Shown piece after piece: positions 9,304 to 19,240 of a stretch of DNA of 64,000 nucleotides. Made by a program: the position numbers and the translations under genes. The notes beneath the pieces are model-generated. The model worked only from the letters and a program-made list of their open reading frames with translations. It was not told where the DNA came from and did not search any database. The DNA is from an uncultured Bacilli bacterium (GTDB lineage Bacteria; Bacillota_I; Bacilli_A; RF39; UBA660), in NCBI GenBank assembly GCA_934098485.1, contig CAKOOH010000003.1, positions 1,706-65,705 of the forward strand, written 5' to 3'. How positions within the stretch are numbered: the stretch's first letter is position 1; every line of letters begins with the position of its first letter.

Positions 9304-10431
9304 ATGATTTATTTAGATTACTCAGCAACTACGCCTGTACTGCCAGAAGTTTTAAACAGTTATAACAAAGTTACAATAGACTATTTTGGCAATCCTAATA
9401 GTATGCACTCTTTAGGTGTAAAATCTCATGAATTACTAACTAGTGCTACCAAACAAATTTCTAAAATTTTAAATATTAAAGAAGATGAAATTATTTATAC
9501 AAGTGGCTCTACTGAAAGTAATAACTTAGCGCTTATTGGTCTTGCAATGGCTAAAGGAAAGCCGGGAAGCCACATAATTGTCTCTAAATTTGAACACGAA
9601 TCAATTTATGGTATCTGTAAATATTTAGAAAACAATGGCTTCATTATTGATTATGTTGATAATACGATTGAAGGCGTTATAGATTTAGAAAACTTAAAAC
9701 AGTTAATAACTAAAAATACTATATTAGTAAGTATATGTGCTGTAAATAGTGAAACTGGTATTCGTCAGCCTCTAAAAATAATAAAACAAATAATTAATAA
9801 AGAAAATCCTAATACCATTTTTCATAGTGATATGACGCAGGCTGCTGGTAAAGTACCAATTAATTTAAATGATGTTGATATGGCTTCATTTTCCGGTCAT
9901 AAAATCTATGGACCTAAAGGTATTGGCATGCTATATAAAAGAAGTGGAGTAAATATAAAACCTCTATTATATGGCTCTAATAATGATATTAGACCAGGAA
10001 CGCCGCCGCTACCTCTAATCGTTGCTTTTTCTAAAGCCTTACGTATCGCGGAAGAAGATCTTACATCTAAAGAAGAAAAAATCAAAAAGTATAATGAAAA
10101 AATCTGCAAATATTTAGAAAAGTACCCAAATATAAAAATTAATAAAACTAAGTATTCAATACCTAATATTTTAAATATAAGTTTAATGAGTATTAAACCA
10201 GAAACCTTTATTCATGCTCTAGAAAAACATGACGTTTATGTAAGTTCTAACACTGCTTGTTCAAGTGGTAAAATTTCTGCCGCTGTATTAAATTTATATC
10301 GTGATAAAGTAAGAGCGCTAACAACTATTAGAATTAGTTTATCTTATTTAACCACCACCGAAGAAATTACTGAATTTTTAAAGATATTTGATAACGTTTA
10401 TACCAAATTAATGGAGCTTGCGAATGCTTGA
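9304..10431 (+). CDS. Class V aminotransferase / cysteine desulfurase (NifS/NifZ-like, ThiI partner)
   Basis: The PLP-lysine motif FSGHKIYGPKGIG is present. The near-C-terminal SSNTACSSG carries the candidate catalytic Cys. thiI lies downstream. Confidence 0.85.
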   Translation: MIYLDYSATTPVLPEVLNSYNKVTIDYFGNPNSMHSLGVKSHELLTSATKQISKILNIKEDEIIYTSGSTESNNLALIGLAMAKGKPGSHIIVSKFEHESIYGICKYLENNGFIIDYVDNTIEGVIDLENLKQLITKNTILVSICAVNSETGIRQPLKIIKQIINKENPNTIFHSDMTQAAGKVPINLNDVDMASFSGHKIYGPKGIGMLYKRSGVNIKPLLYGSNNDIRPGTPPLPLIVAFSKALRIAEEDLTSKEEKIKKYNEKICKYLEKYPNIKINKTKYSIPNILNISLMSIKPETFIHALEKHDVYVSSNTACSSGKISAAVLNLYRDKVRALTTIRISLSYLTTTEEITEFLKIFDNVYTKLMELANA

Positions 10432-10909
10432 GTTTAGTACTGAAAATTATCATTTTATGACATTTGATCCTTATCGTCTAGATCATTTAAAAGCCGAGAT
10501 GTACTTAAATACTGATCCCGACATTAGAAGATATTTAGGCGATTCAATAAAAGAATTCTTAGAATTTCCCGATCAAACATCTTTAAATGATGCTGCTTTT
10601 TTAGTATCGAGAAATGATCGAATAATTGGTTATGTGGCACTTTTTGATTACTATCGTTTTCTAGATATGCATTATGCTTTATTACGATCTGCCCGTGGCT
10701 TTGCTTTTTCTAAAACTGAAACAACTGGTTCTTCACTTATTAAAGAAACATCAAGTGCCGTCTTTAAGCGCACTCCATCTTTAGATTTTATAAAATTATA
10801 TATAGATCAAAATAATATTAATAGTATGCGCGCTGCCGAAAATGCCGGCTTTAAACTTTATGGCGAAGTCGTCGATTTTAATTTAGAGTACCGTAAATAT
10901 AGACCATAA
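10418..10909 (+). CDS. GNAT-family N-acetyltransferase (RimJ/RimL-like)
   Basis: Size and the C-terminal NINSMRAAENAGFKLYG motif are typical of GNAT domains. Confidence 0.5.
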   Translation: MRMLEFSTENYHFMTFDPYRLDHLKAEMYLNTDPDIRRYLGDSIKEFLEFPDQTSLNDAAFLVSRNDRIIGYVALFDYYRFLDMHYALLRSARGFAFSKTETTGSSLIKETSSAVFKRTPSLDFIKLYIDQNNINSMRAAENAGFKLYGEVVDFNLEYRKYRP

Positions 10910-10999
10910 AAAGGATTGTTAAACATTCCTTTTTTCGTTATAATATGAAAGAAGAAATTTTCAAAAAGCAAATATAATATCAAAGAAAAAGGTGTAAAT

Positions 11000-12181
11000 A
11001 TGAAAAAACTAATTATGATTAAATATGGAGAATTAACAACAAAACATGATAATATCAACTTCTTTATTAAAACATTAAAAGATAATATAAATGTCGCTTT
11101 AAAAGAAATTCCACATGAAATAAATTATGATATAGGACGTATGTTTATTGAAACTGAAAACTATGATGAAGTAAAAAATACTTTATTAAATATTTTTGGA
11201 ATTCATGAAATAAACATAGCCTATGAATTAGAAAATAATGACATTTTAAATATCGAAAAAAATATATTAGAATTATTAAAAAACAAAGAATTTAAAACTT
11301 TTAAAGTAGCAACTAAAAGAAGTGATAAAAATTATCCTTTAAATAGTATGGAAATATCAAAACGCCTTGGCGGGTTTGTTTTAAAAAATGTTGAAAATCT
11401 AACTGTTGATGTGAATAATCCTGAAATTACTATTAATGTGGAAATCCGTTTAAATAAAGCCTATATTTATTTTGAAAAAGAAACTGGTATTGGCGGATAC
11501 CCTGTAGGTACTTTAGGTAAAGGAATTCTAATGTTAAGTGGCGGCATTGATTCACCAGTTGCAGGATTTTTAGCCATGAAAAGAGGCATAAGATTAGAAG
11601 CCATATACTTTGACGCTCCACCACATACTAGTGAAAATGCTAAAAACAAAGTACTAGAATTAGCCGAAAAACTATCACTTTATAGTGGCTATTTAAAAGT
11701 TCACATAATTAAATTTACCGAAATAGAAGAGGCCATTTATAAAAAATGCCCTAAAGAATATATGATTACAATTATGCGCCGTCAAATGTATCGTATTGCG
11801 GAAAAAATAGCTAAAAAGAATAATGCTAAAGCCATTATCAATGGTGAATCAGTTGGCCAGGTAGCCAGTCAAACCCTAACTAGTATGGGCGCAATTAACG
11901 ACGTAACAACTATGCCTGTTTTAAGACCTGTATGTTGCTTTGATAAATTAGAAATAATTAATTTAGCCAAAAAAATCGGAACTTATGATATTAGTATTAG
12001 ACCATATGAAGACTGCTGCACTATCTTTGTTCCTAAACACCCAGTTATTAACCCTAATATTTCCTTGGCAAGAGAATATGAAAAACTATTTGACTTTGAA
12101 ACTATGATTAAGACTGCTGTTGCCACGGAAGAAATTATTAAATTACCGCTAAAAAACGAAGAATTTGAAAATATTTTATAA
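11000..12181 (+). CDS. thiI: tRNA 4-thiouridine synthase ThiI
   Basis: N-terminal ferredoxin-like/THUMP layout and PP-loop SGGIDSPVA. Confidence 0.9.
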   Translation: MKKLIMIKYGELTTKHDNINFFIKTLKDNINVALKEIPHEINYDIGRMFIETENYDEVKNTLLNIFGIHEINIAYELENNDILNIEKNILELLKNKEFKTFKVATKRSDKNYPLNSMEISKRLGGFVLKNVENLTVDVNNPEITINVEIRLNKAYIYFEKETGIGGYPVGTLGKGILMLSGGIDSPVAGFLAMKRGIRLEAIYFDAPPHTSENAKNKVLELAEKLSLYSGYLKVHIIKFTEIEEAIYKKCPKEYMITIMRRQMYRIAEKIAKKNNAKAIINGESVGQVASQTLTSMGAINDVTTMPVLRPVCCFDKLEIINLAKKIGTYDISIRPYEDCCTIFVPKHPVINPNISLAREYEKLFDFETMIKTAVATEEIIKLPLKNEEFENIL

Positions 12182-12213
12182 AATAAATCCCATAATAATA
12201 ATGGGTGATCGTA

Positions 12214-12372
12214 TTGAAAGGATACAATATAGATAAAACGTTAAAAGATAGACTTCAAAATGAATTTAATAATGAATATGGTATTGATTTGAAAAGCCCT
12301 AAAGAAAATATCAGTACTTTTCAAAAGCCAAGAAATATTATAAACTCTAACTTAAAAAATATAAAAAGATAG
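12214..12372 (+). CDS. Possible small ORF (52 aa) between thiI and ackA
   Basis: TTG start 5 nt after GGGTGA, with an open frame LKGYNIDKTLKDRLQNEFNNEYGIDLKSPKENISTFQKPRNIINSNLKNIKR. The stop codon is embedded in a terminator-like hairpin plus T-run. I recognise no family. Confidence 0.25.
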   Translation: MKGYNIDKTLKDRLQNEFNNEYGIDLKSPKENISTFQKPRNIINSNLKNIKR

Positions 12373-12392
12373 CAAAACGCTTCTTTTTTTTG
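12365..12392 (+). terminator. Terminator-like hairpin upstream of ackA
   Basis: AAGA(T)AGC-aaaac-GCTTCTT stem followed by T8. Confidence 0.5.
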
Positions 12393-12419
12393 TATAATAA
12401 CCTTAGGTGATTAGAAAAA

Positions 12420-13598
12420 ATGAAAATATTAAGTGTAAACGCTGGTTCATCTTCATTAAAGTTTACTTTATTTGAAATGCCAGAAGAAAAAGAATTAATT
12501 AGTGGGGTATTCGAAAGAATTGGTATCGAAAATTCTTTTTATACAATCAAATTAAATGGTGAAAAAATAAAAAAAGAAACAGAACTTAAAGATCATAAGG
12601 CTGCTTTTGAATTATTAGTTAAAGAATTAATTGCCAATAAAATTGTTGAAAATTTAGAAGAAATAGTTGGCATCGGTCATAGAATCGTTCAAGGTGGCGC
12701 TTATTTTGATAAAACAGTTTTAGCGACTGAAGATAATATTTCTATTGTTGAAAAGTTATCTAGTCTAGCACCATTACATAATCCAGCTGCTGTAGTCGGT
12801 GTTCGTGCTGCCCAAAGTGTTTTTCCTAAAGCAACTCAGTCTTTAGTATTTGATACTGCTTTTCATCAAACTATGGAAGAAGAAGTATATTTATACCCTG
12901 TTCCTTACGAATGGTATACTAAGTACGCTGTAAGAAGATATGGTGCTCATGGTACTAGTCATAAATATGTAAGTATGCGTGCTAATGAAATTTTAGAAAA
13001 TAATGAAGCAAAACTAATTACTTGTCATATCGGTAATGGAGCATCTATAAGTGCCGTAAAATCTGGTAAGTGTGTTGAAACTTCTATGGGATTAACTCCT
13101 AATGCTGGACTTATGATGGGTACTAGATGTGGTGATATTGATGCTACAATTTTACCTTATATAATGGAAGAAACTGGTATGAGTGCTAAAGAAATGGACA
13201 CTGCCTTAAATAAACAATCCGGCTTACTTGGTATCAGCGGAGTATCATCTGATTCAAGAGATATTGAAGATGGTATTAATAACGGCGATGAAAGATGTAT
13301 ACTTGCTCAAAAAATGTATGTAAAAAGAATTGTAGATTTTATTGCTAAATACTATGTTCTTTTAGGTGGATGTGATGCCATTATCTTTACTGCTGGTGTT
13401 GGTGAAAACTCTATTATCACTAGAAAGCAAGTTTTAGAAAAATTATCTGTTTTAGGAGTAAAACTAGATGAAGAAAGAAATAACGTTCGCGGAAAGGAAC
13501 AATTAATAACTGCTGATAATTCTAAAATTCCAGCCTATGTAATTCCAACTAATGAAGAACTTATGATAGCAATTGACACTTACAACCTAGTAAAATAA
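12420..13598 (+). CDS. ackA: Acetate kinase
   Basis: ILSVNAGSSSLKF, GHRIVQGG, CHIGNGASI and TAGVGENS motifs. Confidence 0.95.
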   Translation: MKILSVNAGSSSLKFTLFEMPEEKELISGVFERIGIENSFYTIKLNGEKIKKETELKDHKAAFELLVKELIANKIVENLEEIVGIGHRIVQGGAYFDKTVLATEDNISIVEKLSSLAPLHNPAAVVGVRAAQSVFPKATQSLVFDTAFHQTMEEEVYLYPVPYEWYTKYAVRRYGAHGTSHKYVSMRANEILENNEAKLITCHIGNGASISAVKSGKCVETSMGLTPNAGLMMGTRCGDIDATILPYIMEETGMSAKEMDTALNKQSGLLGISGVSSDSRDIEDGINNGDERCILAQKMYVKRIVDFIAKYYVLLGGCDAIIFTAGVGENSIITRKQVLEKLSVLGVKLDEERNNVRGKEQLITADNSKIPAYVIPTNEELMIAIDTYNLVK

Positions 13599-13609
13599 GG
13601 AGGTAAATT

Positions 13610-14578
13610 TTGAAAGAAAAGAACATTTATAAAACAATTGCTAAATATCAAAATATTGTTATAGCCCGTCATATTGGACCTGATCCTGACGCTGTTGCCA
13701 GCCAAATGGCTTTAAAAGATTCAATCAAACTAACATTTCCTAAAAAGAATGTCTTAGCAGCCGGTATCGGAGTAGCTCGTTTTAGATATTTAGGTGACTT
13801 AGATAAAATAGATGAAAGTAGTCTTGAAAAACCACTTTTAATTGTTTTAGATGTTCCTAATATTTCTAGAATTGACGGCATAACATTTAGTAAATATGAT
13901 AAAGTAATAAAAATCGACCATCATCCTTTTGAAGACAAAATGGGTTTAGAAATTGTCGATGAAAATGCATCTTCTGCCTCTGAAATAGTTGCTAGATTAA
14001 TATATAAAACTAGATTAAAAATGAATAAAGAAATAGCATCAAAATTATATATTGGTATTGCTTCTGACAGTGATCGATTTTTAGTACCAACTACTACTGG
14101 AAAAACACTTGAAGTGGCTTCTAAATTAATAAATGATTATCAAGTAGATTTAAATGAAATTTATACTAAATTATATGAAAGGCCAATTGCTGACATTCGT
14201 TTCCAATCATTTTTAACTCTAAATATGACCATTACCGAAAATGGTTTTGGTTATATGAAGATAACAAGTGAAATGATTAAAGAATATGGAGTTGATCCTT
14301 CCACACCATCTAACTTAGTAAACAATTTTAATTATATAAAAGAAATAATTGCTTGGGCTTTTATAACCTATGATGAAAAACAAGAAATATACAAAGTAAA
14401 TATTCGTTCAAGAGGTCCTGTTATTAATGACATAGCATCTAAATATAATGGTGGGGGACATAAATATGCATCTGGTGCTAGGATTAAAAACGAAGATGAT
14501 ATTGATAAACTAATCTATGAATTAGATGAAACTTGTAAAATATTTATGGAAAATAAAGAAACTATATTGTCAGAATAG
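13610..14578 (+). CDS. nrnA: DHH-family phosphoesterase (NrnA-like oligoribonuclease/pAp phosphatase)
   Basis: ARHIGPDPDAV, IDHHPF (DHH) and GGGHKYASG (DHHA1) motifs. TTG start after GGAGG. Confidence 0.8.
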   Translation: MKEKNIYKTIAKYQNIVIARHIGPDPDAVASQMALKDSIKLTFPKKNVLAAGIGVARFRYLGDLDKIDESSLEKPLLIVLDVPNISRIDGITFSKYDKVIKIDHHPFEDKMGLEIVDENASSASEIVARLIYKTRLKMNKEIASKLYIGIASDSDRFLVPTTTGKTLEVASKLINDYQVDLNEIYTKLYERPIADIRFQSFLTLNMTITENGFGYMKITSEMIKEYGVDPSTPSNLVNNFNYIKEIIAWAFITYDEKQEIYKVNIRSRGPVINDIASKYNGGGHKYASGARIKNEDDIDKLIYELDETCKIFMENKETILSE

Positions 14579-14618
14579 TTTCTTTTTATATATAATAAAA
14601 GAACTAAAGGAGATAAAA

Positions 14619-15347
14619 ATGAAATATAATTTAATAAACATAATTGTAGGATTATTCTTTTTAATCGGAGCACTTATTGCTTTAAAAAATAAAGAAAATA
14701 AAAAATTAACTAACTTTAGTGTAGCCTGTGGATTTATCGTTTTAATATTACTTTTAGTAATCGATATAATTCCTGAAACACTCTCTTTATTTACTAATTA
14801 TAAATATTTGTACATTATTTCTGGTACTCTTATTGGTTTAGGTTTACTATTTATATTAGAAAAGAAAGTTCCTCACCATGATCATTTTGAAGAAGTAAAA
14901 CACCATGAAAATCATTTAAATCATATAGGTATCATGACATCAGTGGCACTTATCATTCACAATATTGTTGAAGGAATGGGAATTTATGGTATCGCTCAAA
15001 ATGATTTTAAAACCGGTATTATTTATGCTATTGGCGTTGGACTTCATAATATTCCTTTTGGTATTGAAATTACCGCGATGCTAAACAAAAATAAAAATAA
15101 AAAAGTCATGTGGATATATTTAATTTTACTATCTATTTCAACCTTTATTGGTGGCATCATTTTAAATTTATTTAAAGATTTACTAACAAATACACTCTTA
15201 GGATTTCTTTTAAGCATAACTATTGGCATGATAATTTATCTAGTTATCTTTGAGCTATTTATTGAATTAAAAGAAAATTATAACAAATATAGTACCATCG
15301 GTTTAATAACTGGTATCATTTTAATGTTAGTAGGAGGACTATTATGA
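14619..15347 (+). CDS. ZIP-family metal (zinc) transporter
   Basis: Multi-TM protein with a His-rich loop HHDHFEEVKHHENHLNH and HNIVEG/HNIPFG motifs. The ATG at 14619 follows AAGGAG. Confidence 0.75.
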   Translation: MKYNLINIIVGLFFLIGALIALKNKENKKLTNFSVACGFIVLILLLVIDIIPETLSLFTNYKYLYIISGTLIGLGLLFILEKKVPHHDHFEEVKHHENHLNHIGIMTSVALIIHNIVEGMGIYGIAQNDFKTGIIYAIGVGLHNIPFGIEITAMLNKNKNKKVMWIYLILLSISTFIGGIILNLFKDLLTNTLLGFLLSITIGMIIYLVIFELFIELKENYNKYSTIGLITGIILMLVGGLL

Positions 15348-16393
15348 TTGGATTTGCTTTAGAAGGTGGCGGAGCTAAAGGTGCTTATCAAGCTGGCGCC
15401 TATATCGCGTTAGTTACTAATCATATTAAACCTGCCATAATTGCCGGAACTTCTATTGGTTCTTTGAACGCTGCTTTAATGGCCCAAGGAGATATTAAAA
15501 AATTAGTATCCTTATGGCTTAACACTACAACTGATATTTTTGATATTAACAGTAAACTAATTAAAGATTTTAAGAAGAAAAAATTCACTAAAGAAGATTT
15601 ATCCCTTGGCTATGATAACTTAAAATCTATTATTAAAAATAAAGGAATTAATACCGATAAATTTTTAAAAGTAGTAAGTGAAAATATCGATGAAAAAAAA
15701 TTAAGAAAAAGCAAAACTAAATTTGGTCTTATTACCGTAAAAGTTAAAGGAATGAAACCTCTAGAACTTACTATTGATGATATTCCTGAAGGTAAAGTTG
15801 CTGAATATATTATGGCATCTTGCTACTTACCAATATTTAATTTTAAACCTATCATCGACGATAATTATTACTTAGATGGTGGTTTTTATAATAACGTGCC
15901 CCTTTCCTTAGTTGAACACTATGGCTGTGATACCATTTATTCCATTAGAATAAAAGGAATTGGATTTTCTCATAACAAATTAAAAAAAGATACCAAAGTA
16001 ATCGAAATTAAACCTAAAGTAAACTTAGGATCTATTATTCTTTTTGATCATGAATCAAATAAAAATAATCTTATCTTAGGATATTTAGATGCTCTTAAAG
16101 TTATTAAAAAATGTGACGGCTTTGATTATTATTTTGTCCTTAAAAAAGATAAATACTATAATCGCATTGTAAGAAATGTATCTTATGAAATGATAACTAA
16201 ATTAAAAGCAAAATATAAAGTAGAAAGTAATAAGGATTTACTAATAACCGTAGTGGAAAAAATCTTAAAACAAAATAAAATAAGTAATTTAAAATTAATG
16301 AATATTAAAAACCAAATTAAGCATATTAAAAAACATTTAGAAATTAAAGATAAGACTTTAAAAGAATTTATTTTTAGTTGCAAAACTTTATAA
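15344..16393 (+). CDS. Patatin-like phospholipase
   Basis: GGGAKGAYQAG oxyanion motif, GTSIGS (GxSxG), and DGG near residue 178. Confidence 0.8.
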   Translation: MIGFALEGGGAKGAYQAGAYIALVTNHIKPAIIAGTSIGSLNAALMAQGDIKKLVSLWLNTTTDIFDINSKLIKDFKKKKFTKEDLSLGYDNLKSIIKNKGINTDKFLKVVSENIDEKKLRKSKTKFGLITVKVKGMKPLELTIDDIPEGKVAEYIMASCYLPIFNFKPIIDDNYYLDGGFYNNVPLSLVEHYGCDTIYSIRIKGIGFSHNKLKKDTKVIEIKPKVNLGSIILFDHESNKNNLILGYLDALKVIKKCDGFDYYFVLKKDKYYNRIVRNVSYEMITKLKAKYKVESNKDLLITVVEKILKQNKISNLKLMNIKNQIKHIKKHLEIKDKTLKEFIFSCKTL

Positions 16394-16432
16394 AAATTTA
16401 TATAATACCAAAAGAAATGGAAGGTGCATAAA

Positions 16433-17152
16433 ATGGGTAGAGCCTATGAAGTAAGAAAAGCAAGTATCCAAAAAAATGGCGCAGTCAAAGCCAAATTATA
16501 TAGTAATTATGCCAAAGAAATATATTTAGCTGCTAAAAAAGGATCACCTGATTTAGAGGCTAATGTAAATTTAAAAAGAATTGTTGAAAAAGCTAAAAAA
16601 GAACAAGTACCAAGTGATATTATAAAAAGAGCAATCGATAAAGCCAAAGGAGCCGGAACAGAAGATTATACTGAAGTTATTTACGAAGGCTTTGGTCCTG
16701 GTGCTTCAACTTTTATTATTAAAACATTAACTGATAATGTAAATCGTACTGTTGGTTTTGTAAGAGCCGCCTTTAACAAAGTAAATAAGAGTTTAGGAGT
16801 AACAAATTCCGTATCATATAATTATGATTATCTAGCTATCGTTAGTTTTAAATCTAATAAAGGCGAAGAAATATTTGAAAGTTTATTAAATGAAGGAATC
16901 GAATTAATCGATTTTGAAGATGATAATGAACTAATTACTATTACCGCTAATCCTACTGATATTCATAAAATTAAAGATGTTTTAGAAAAACTTATTCCTA
17001 ATATTGATTATGAATATGATGAAGTAGGAATGTATCCTAAAGAAGAAATAACTTTAACCGGTGAAGACAAAGAAGTATTTGACAAACTATATAATATGCT
17101 TGATGATATTGACGACGTAACCGCTATTTATACTAATGTCAAAATGGATTAA
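16433..17152 (+). CDS. yebC: YebC/PmpR-family transcriptional regulator
   Basis: MGRAYEVRKASIQKNG..., YEGFGPGA. The ATG at 16433 lies 8 nt after GGAAGGTG. Confidence 0.9.
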   Translation: MGRAYEVRKASIQKNGAVKAKLYSNYAKEIYLAAKKGSPDLEANVNLKRIVEKAKKEQVPSDIIKRAIDKAKGAGTEDYTEVIYEGFGPGASTFIIKTLTDNVNRTVGFVRAAFNKVNKSLGVTNSVSYNYDYLAIVSFKSNKGEEIFESLLNEGIELIDFEDDNELITITANPTDIHKIKDVLEKLIPNIDYEYDEVGMYPKEEITLTGEDKEVFDKLYNMLDDIDDVTAIYTNVKMD

Positions 17153-17200
17153 AATCATTTCATGTAATTGAAGTGATTTTTTATTAGCAAAACTATCTAA

Positions 17201-17242
17201 AAAAGTAAAGTTTTGCTAATACGCTTGCAAAACTTTACTTTT
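17201..17242. repeat. Perfect 16-bp inverted repeat (hairpin) between yebC and the AAA ATPase gene
   Basis: AAAAGTAAAGTTTTGC - taatacgctt - GCAAAACTTTACTTTT. A third partial copy, TAGCAAAACT, sits at 17185-17194. Confidence 0.8.
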
Positions 17243-17281
17243 AAAATAAAAAGGAATATAATTTAAATAGGTGATGAAAAA

Positions 17282-18487
17282 ATGATAATAAGGGATAATT
17301 ATTTAAAAAAGATGATTAACGCTAAAGATACTCCATTTATAAAAGTCATAACAGGAGTAAGAAGAAGTGGTAAGTCAACTCTATTATTAATGTTTAAAGA
17401 ATATTTATTAAATAATAATGTTAAAGAAGAAAATATAATCCATATGAATTTTGAATCAGCATTATATGATGATATTAAAAACTATAAAGACTTATATACT
17501 TATGTTAAATCAAAAATAAAAAAAGAAAAAATATATTTATTACTAGATGAAGTACAAAATGTTGAAGCATGGGAAAAAGCTATCAACTCTTTCAAAGTTG
17601 ATTTTGATGTAGATATTTATATAACTGGATCAAATGCATATCTATTATCATCTGAATTATCAACACTATTATCTGGTAGATATATTGAAATAAAAATGTA
17701 TCCTTTATCATTTAAAGAATATTTACTATTTAATAATTATGATGAAAGTAATATAAGTGATAAATTTAATGAGTATCTAAAATATGGTGGTTTGCCGGCC
17801 ATTACATTAATAAAGGATAATGACGATTTAGTTTTATCTTATTTAAATGACATTTATAATACAATTGTTAAAAAAGACATCATTGATAGAAATAATTTAA
17901 AAGATACCGCACTACTTGAAAATATTATTAAGTTTGCCGCCAGCAATATAGGAAGTCCTATCTCATCAAGTAAAATAAGTGATTACTTAAATAGTAATAA
18001 AATAGTTGTAAAGTCAAATCATCAAACTATCGATAACTATCTAAATATGCTTGAAAAATCATTTATTATGTATAAAGCAGATCGAACCGATATAAAAAAT
18101 AAATCACTATTAAAAACTTTAGGAAAATACTATATTTCTGATACCGGCATTCGCAATATAATCCTTGGCTTTAGAAATATTGATGAAGGCCATTTGCTTG
18201 AAAATGTAGTTTATTTAGAATTATTAAGAAGAGGCTTTAAAGTAAGCATTGGCAAATCTTCCGATTATAAAGTAGATTTTGTCGCTGAAAATCCGCACAC
18301 TATCAAATATTATCAGGTAACAAAAACTTTATTAAATGATGATGTAAAAGAACGTGAAATAAGAAGTTTAGAAAGTATTAATGATAATTATGAAAAAATT
18401 ATATTAACAATGGATAGATCAATAAATAATGATTTTAATGGTATTAAAGTTATAAATATTATAGACTGGTTACTAAAAGAAGAATAA
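17282..18487 (+). CDS. AAA-family ATPase with a C-terminal DUF4143 / PD-(D/E)xK-like region (COG1373 type)
   Basis: Walker A GVRRSGKST and Walker B LLLDEVQ. The C-terminal GHLLENVVYLELLRRG...YKVDFVA...YYQVTK resembles the nuclease-like tail of this family. Confidence 0.7.
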   Translation: MIIRDNYLKKMINAKDTPFIKVITGVRRSGKSTLLLMFKEYLLNNNVKEENIIHMNFESALYDDIKNYKDLYTYVKSKIKKEKIYLLLDEVQNVEAWEKAINSFKVDFDVDIYITGSNAYLLSSELSTLLSGRYIEIKMYPLSFKEYLLFNNYDESNISDKFNEYLKYGGLPAITLIKDNDDLVLSYLNDIYNTIVKKDIIDRNNLKDTALLENIIKFAASNIGSPISSSKISDYLNSNKIVVKSNHQTIDNYLNMLEKSFIMYKADRTDIKNKSLLKTLGKYYISDTGIRNIILGFRNIDEGHLLENVVYLELLRRGFKVSIGKSSDYKVDFVAENPHTIKYYQVTKTLLNDDVKEREIRSLESINDNYEKIILTMDRSINNDFNGIKVINIIDWLLKEE

Positions 18488-18542
18488 AAGTTTTATAGCT
18501 TTTTTTTCTTTTGTTAAAAAATTCATTTTAAATTCACATATT

Positions 18543-18551
18543 TGCTATAAT
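18543..18551 (+). promoter_or_regulatory. Extended -10 promoter element upstream of the response regulator
   Basis: TGCTATAAT, 21 nt upstream of the ATG at 18572. Confidence 0.45.
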
Positions 18552-18571
18552 ATACTTAAGTGGTGAAAGAA

Positions 18572-19240
18572 ATGAAGATATTAGTATGTGATGATGAAGC
18601 GCTTATCAGAAACGTTATAAAAGAATATTCTCTAAATGAAGGCTATACCGTATACGAAGCAGAAAATGGTGAAGAAGCCATCAATATTTTATTAGAAAAG
18701 GATGTTGATGTAGTAATCCTTGATATCATGATGCCTAAAAAAGACGGCATCACCGCCATTAAAGAAATCAAAGAAATTAAAGATGTTCCTGTTATAATGT
18801 TATCAGCAAGAACCATGGAATTTGATAAACTAAATAGTTTTGAACTAGGTGCTGATGACTATGTTACCAAACCTTTTAGCCCTAAAGAACTAATGGCTCG
18901 CATTAAAGCCGTTACCAAAAGAACTAATAAAGATGAAATTATTACCGTAGATGATATCGTAATAAACAAAACCACTAGAGAATGTCTAATTAAAGGAAAA
19001 ATTATTGAACTTACTCACACTCAGTTTGAACTTTTATATTTATTTTTAACTAATCTAAATATTGTTTTAACTAGAGATAAAATAATAAGTTCCATCTGGG
19101 GTTATGACTATGAAGCCGATGATCGCACCATTGATGCCCACATAAAACTATTAAGAAGTAAAATCGGCCCATACCGTGATAATATCAAAACTATTAGAAA
19201 GGTAGGTTATAAATTTGAATATAAAGAAAAACAGTCTTAG
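18572..19240 (+). CDS. OmpR/PhoB-family response regulator
   Basis: The receiver domain shows ILVCDDE...VILDIMMPKKDG...KP. A winged-helix output domain follows (RTIDAHIKLLRSKI...IKTIRKVGYKF). Confidence 0.9.
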   Translation: MKILVCDDEALIRNVIKEYSLNEGYTVYEAENGEEAINILLEKDVDVVILDIMMPKKDGITAIKEIKEIKDVPVIMLSARTMEFDKLNSFELGADDYVTKPFSPKELMARIKAVTKRTNKDEIITVDDIVINKTTRECLIKGKIIELTHTQFELLYLFLTNLNIVLTRDKIISSIWGYDYEADDRTIDAHIKLLRSKIGPYRDNIKTIRKVGYKFEYKEKQS

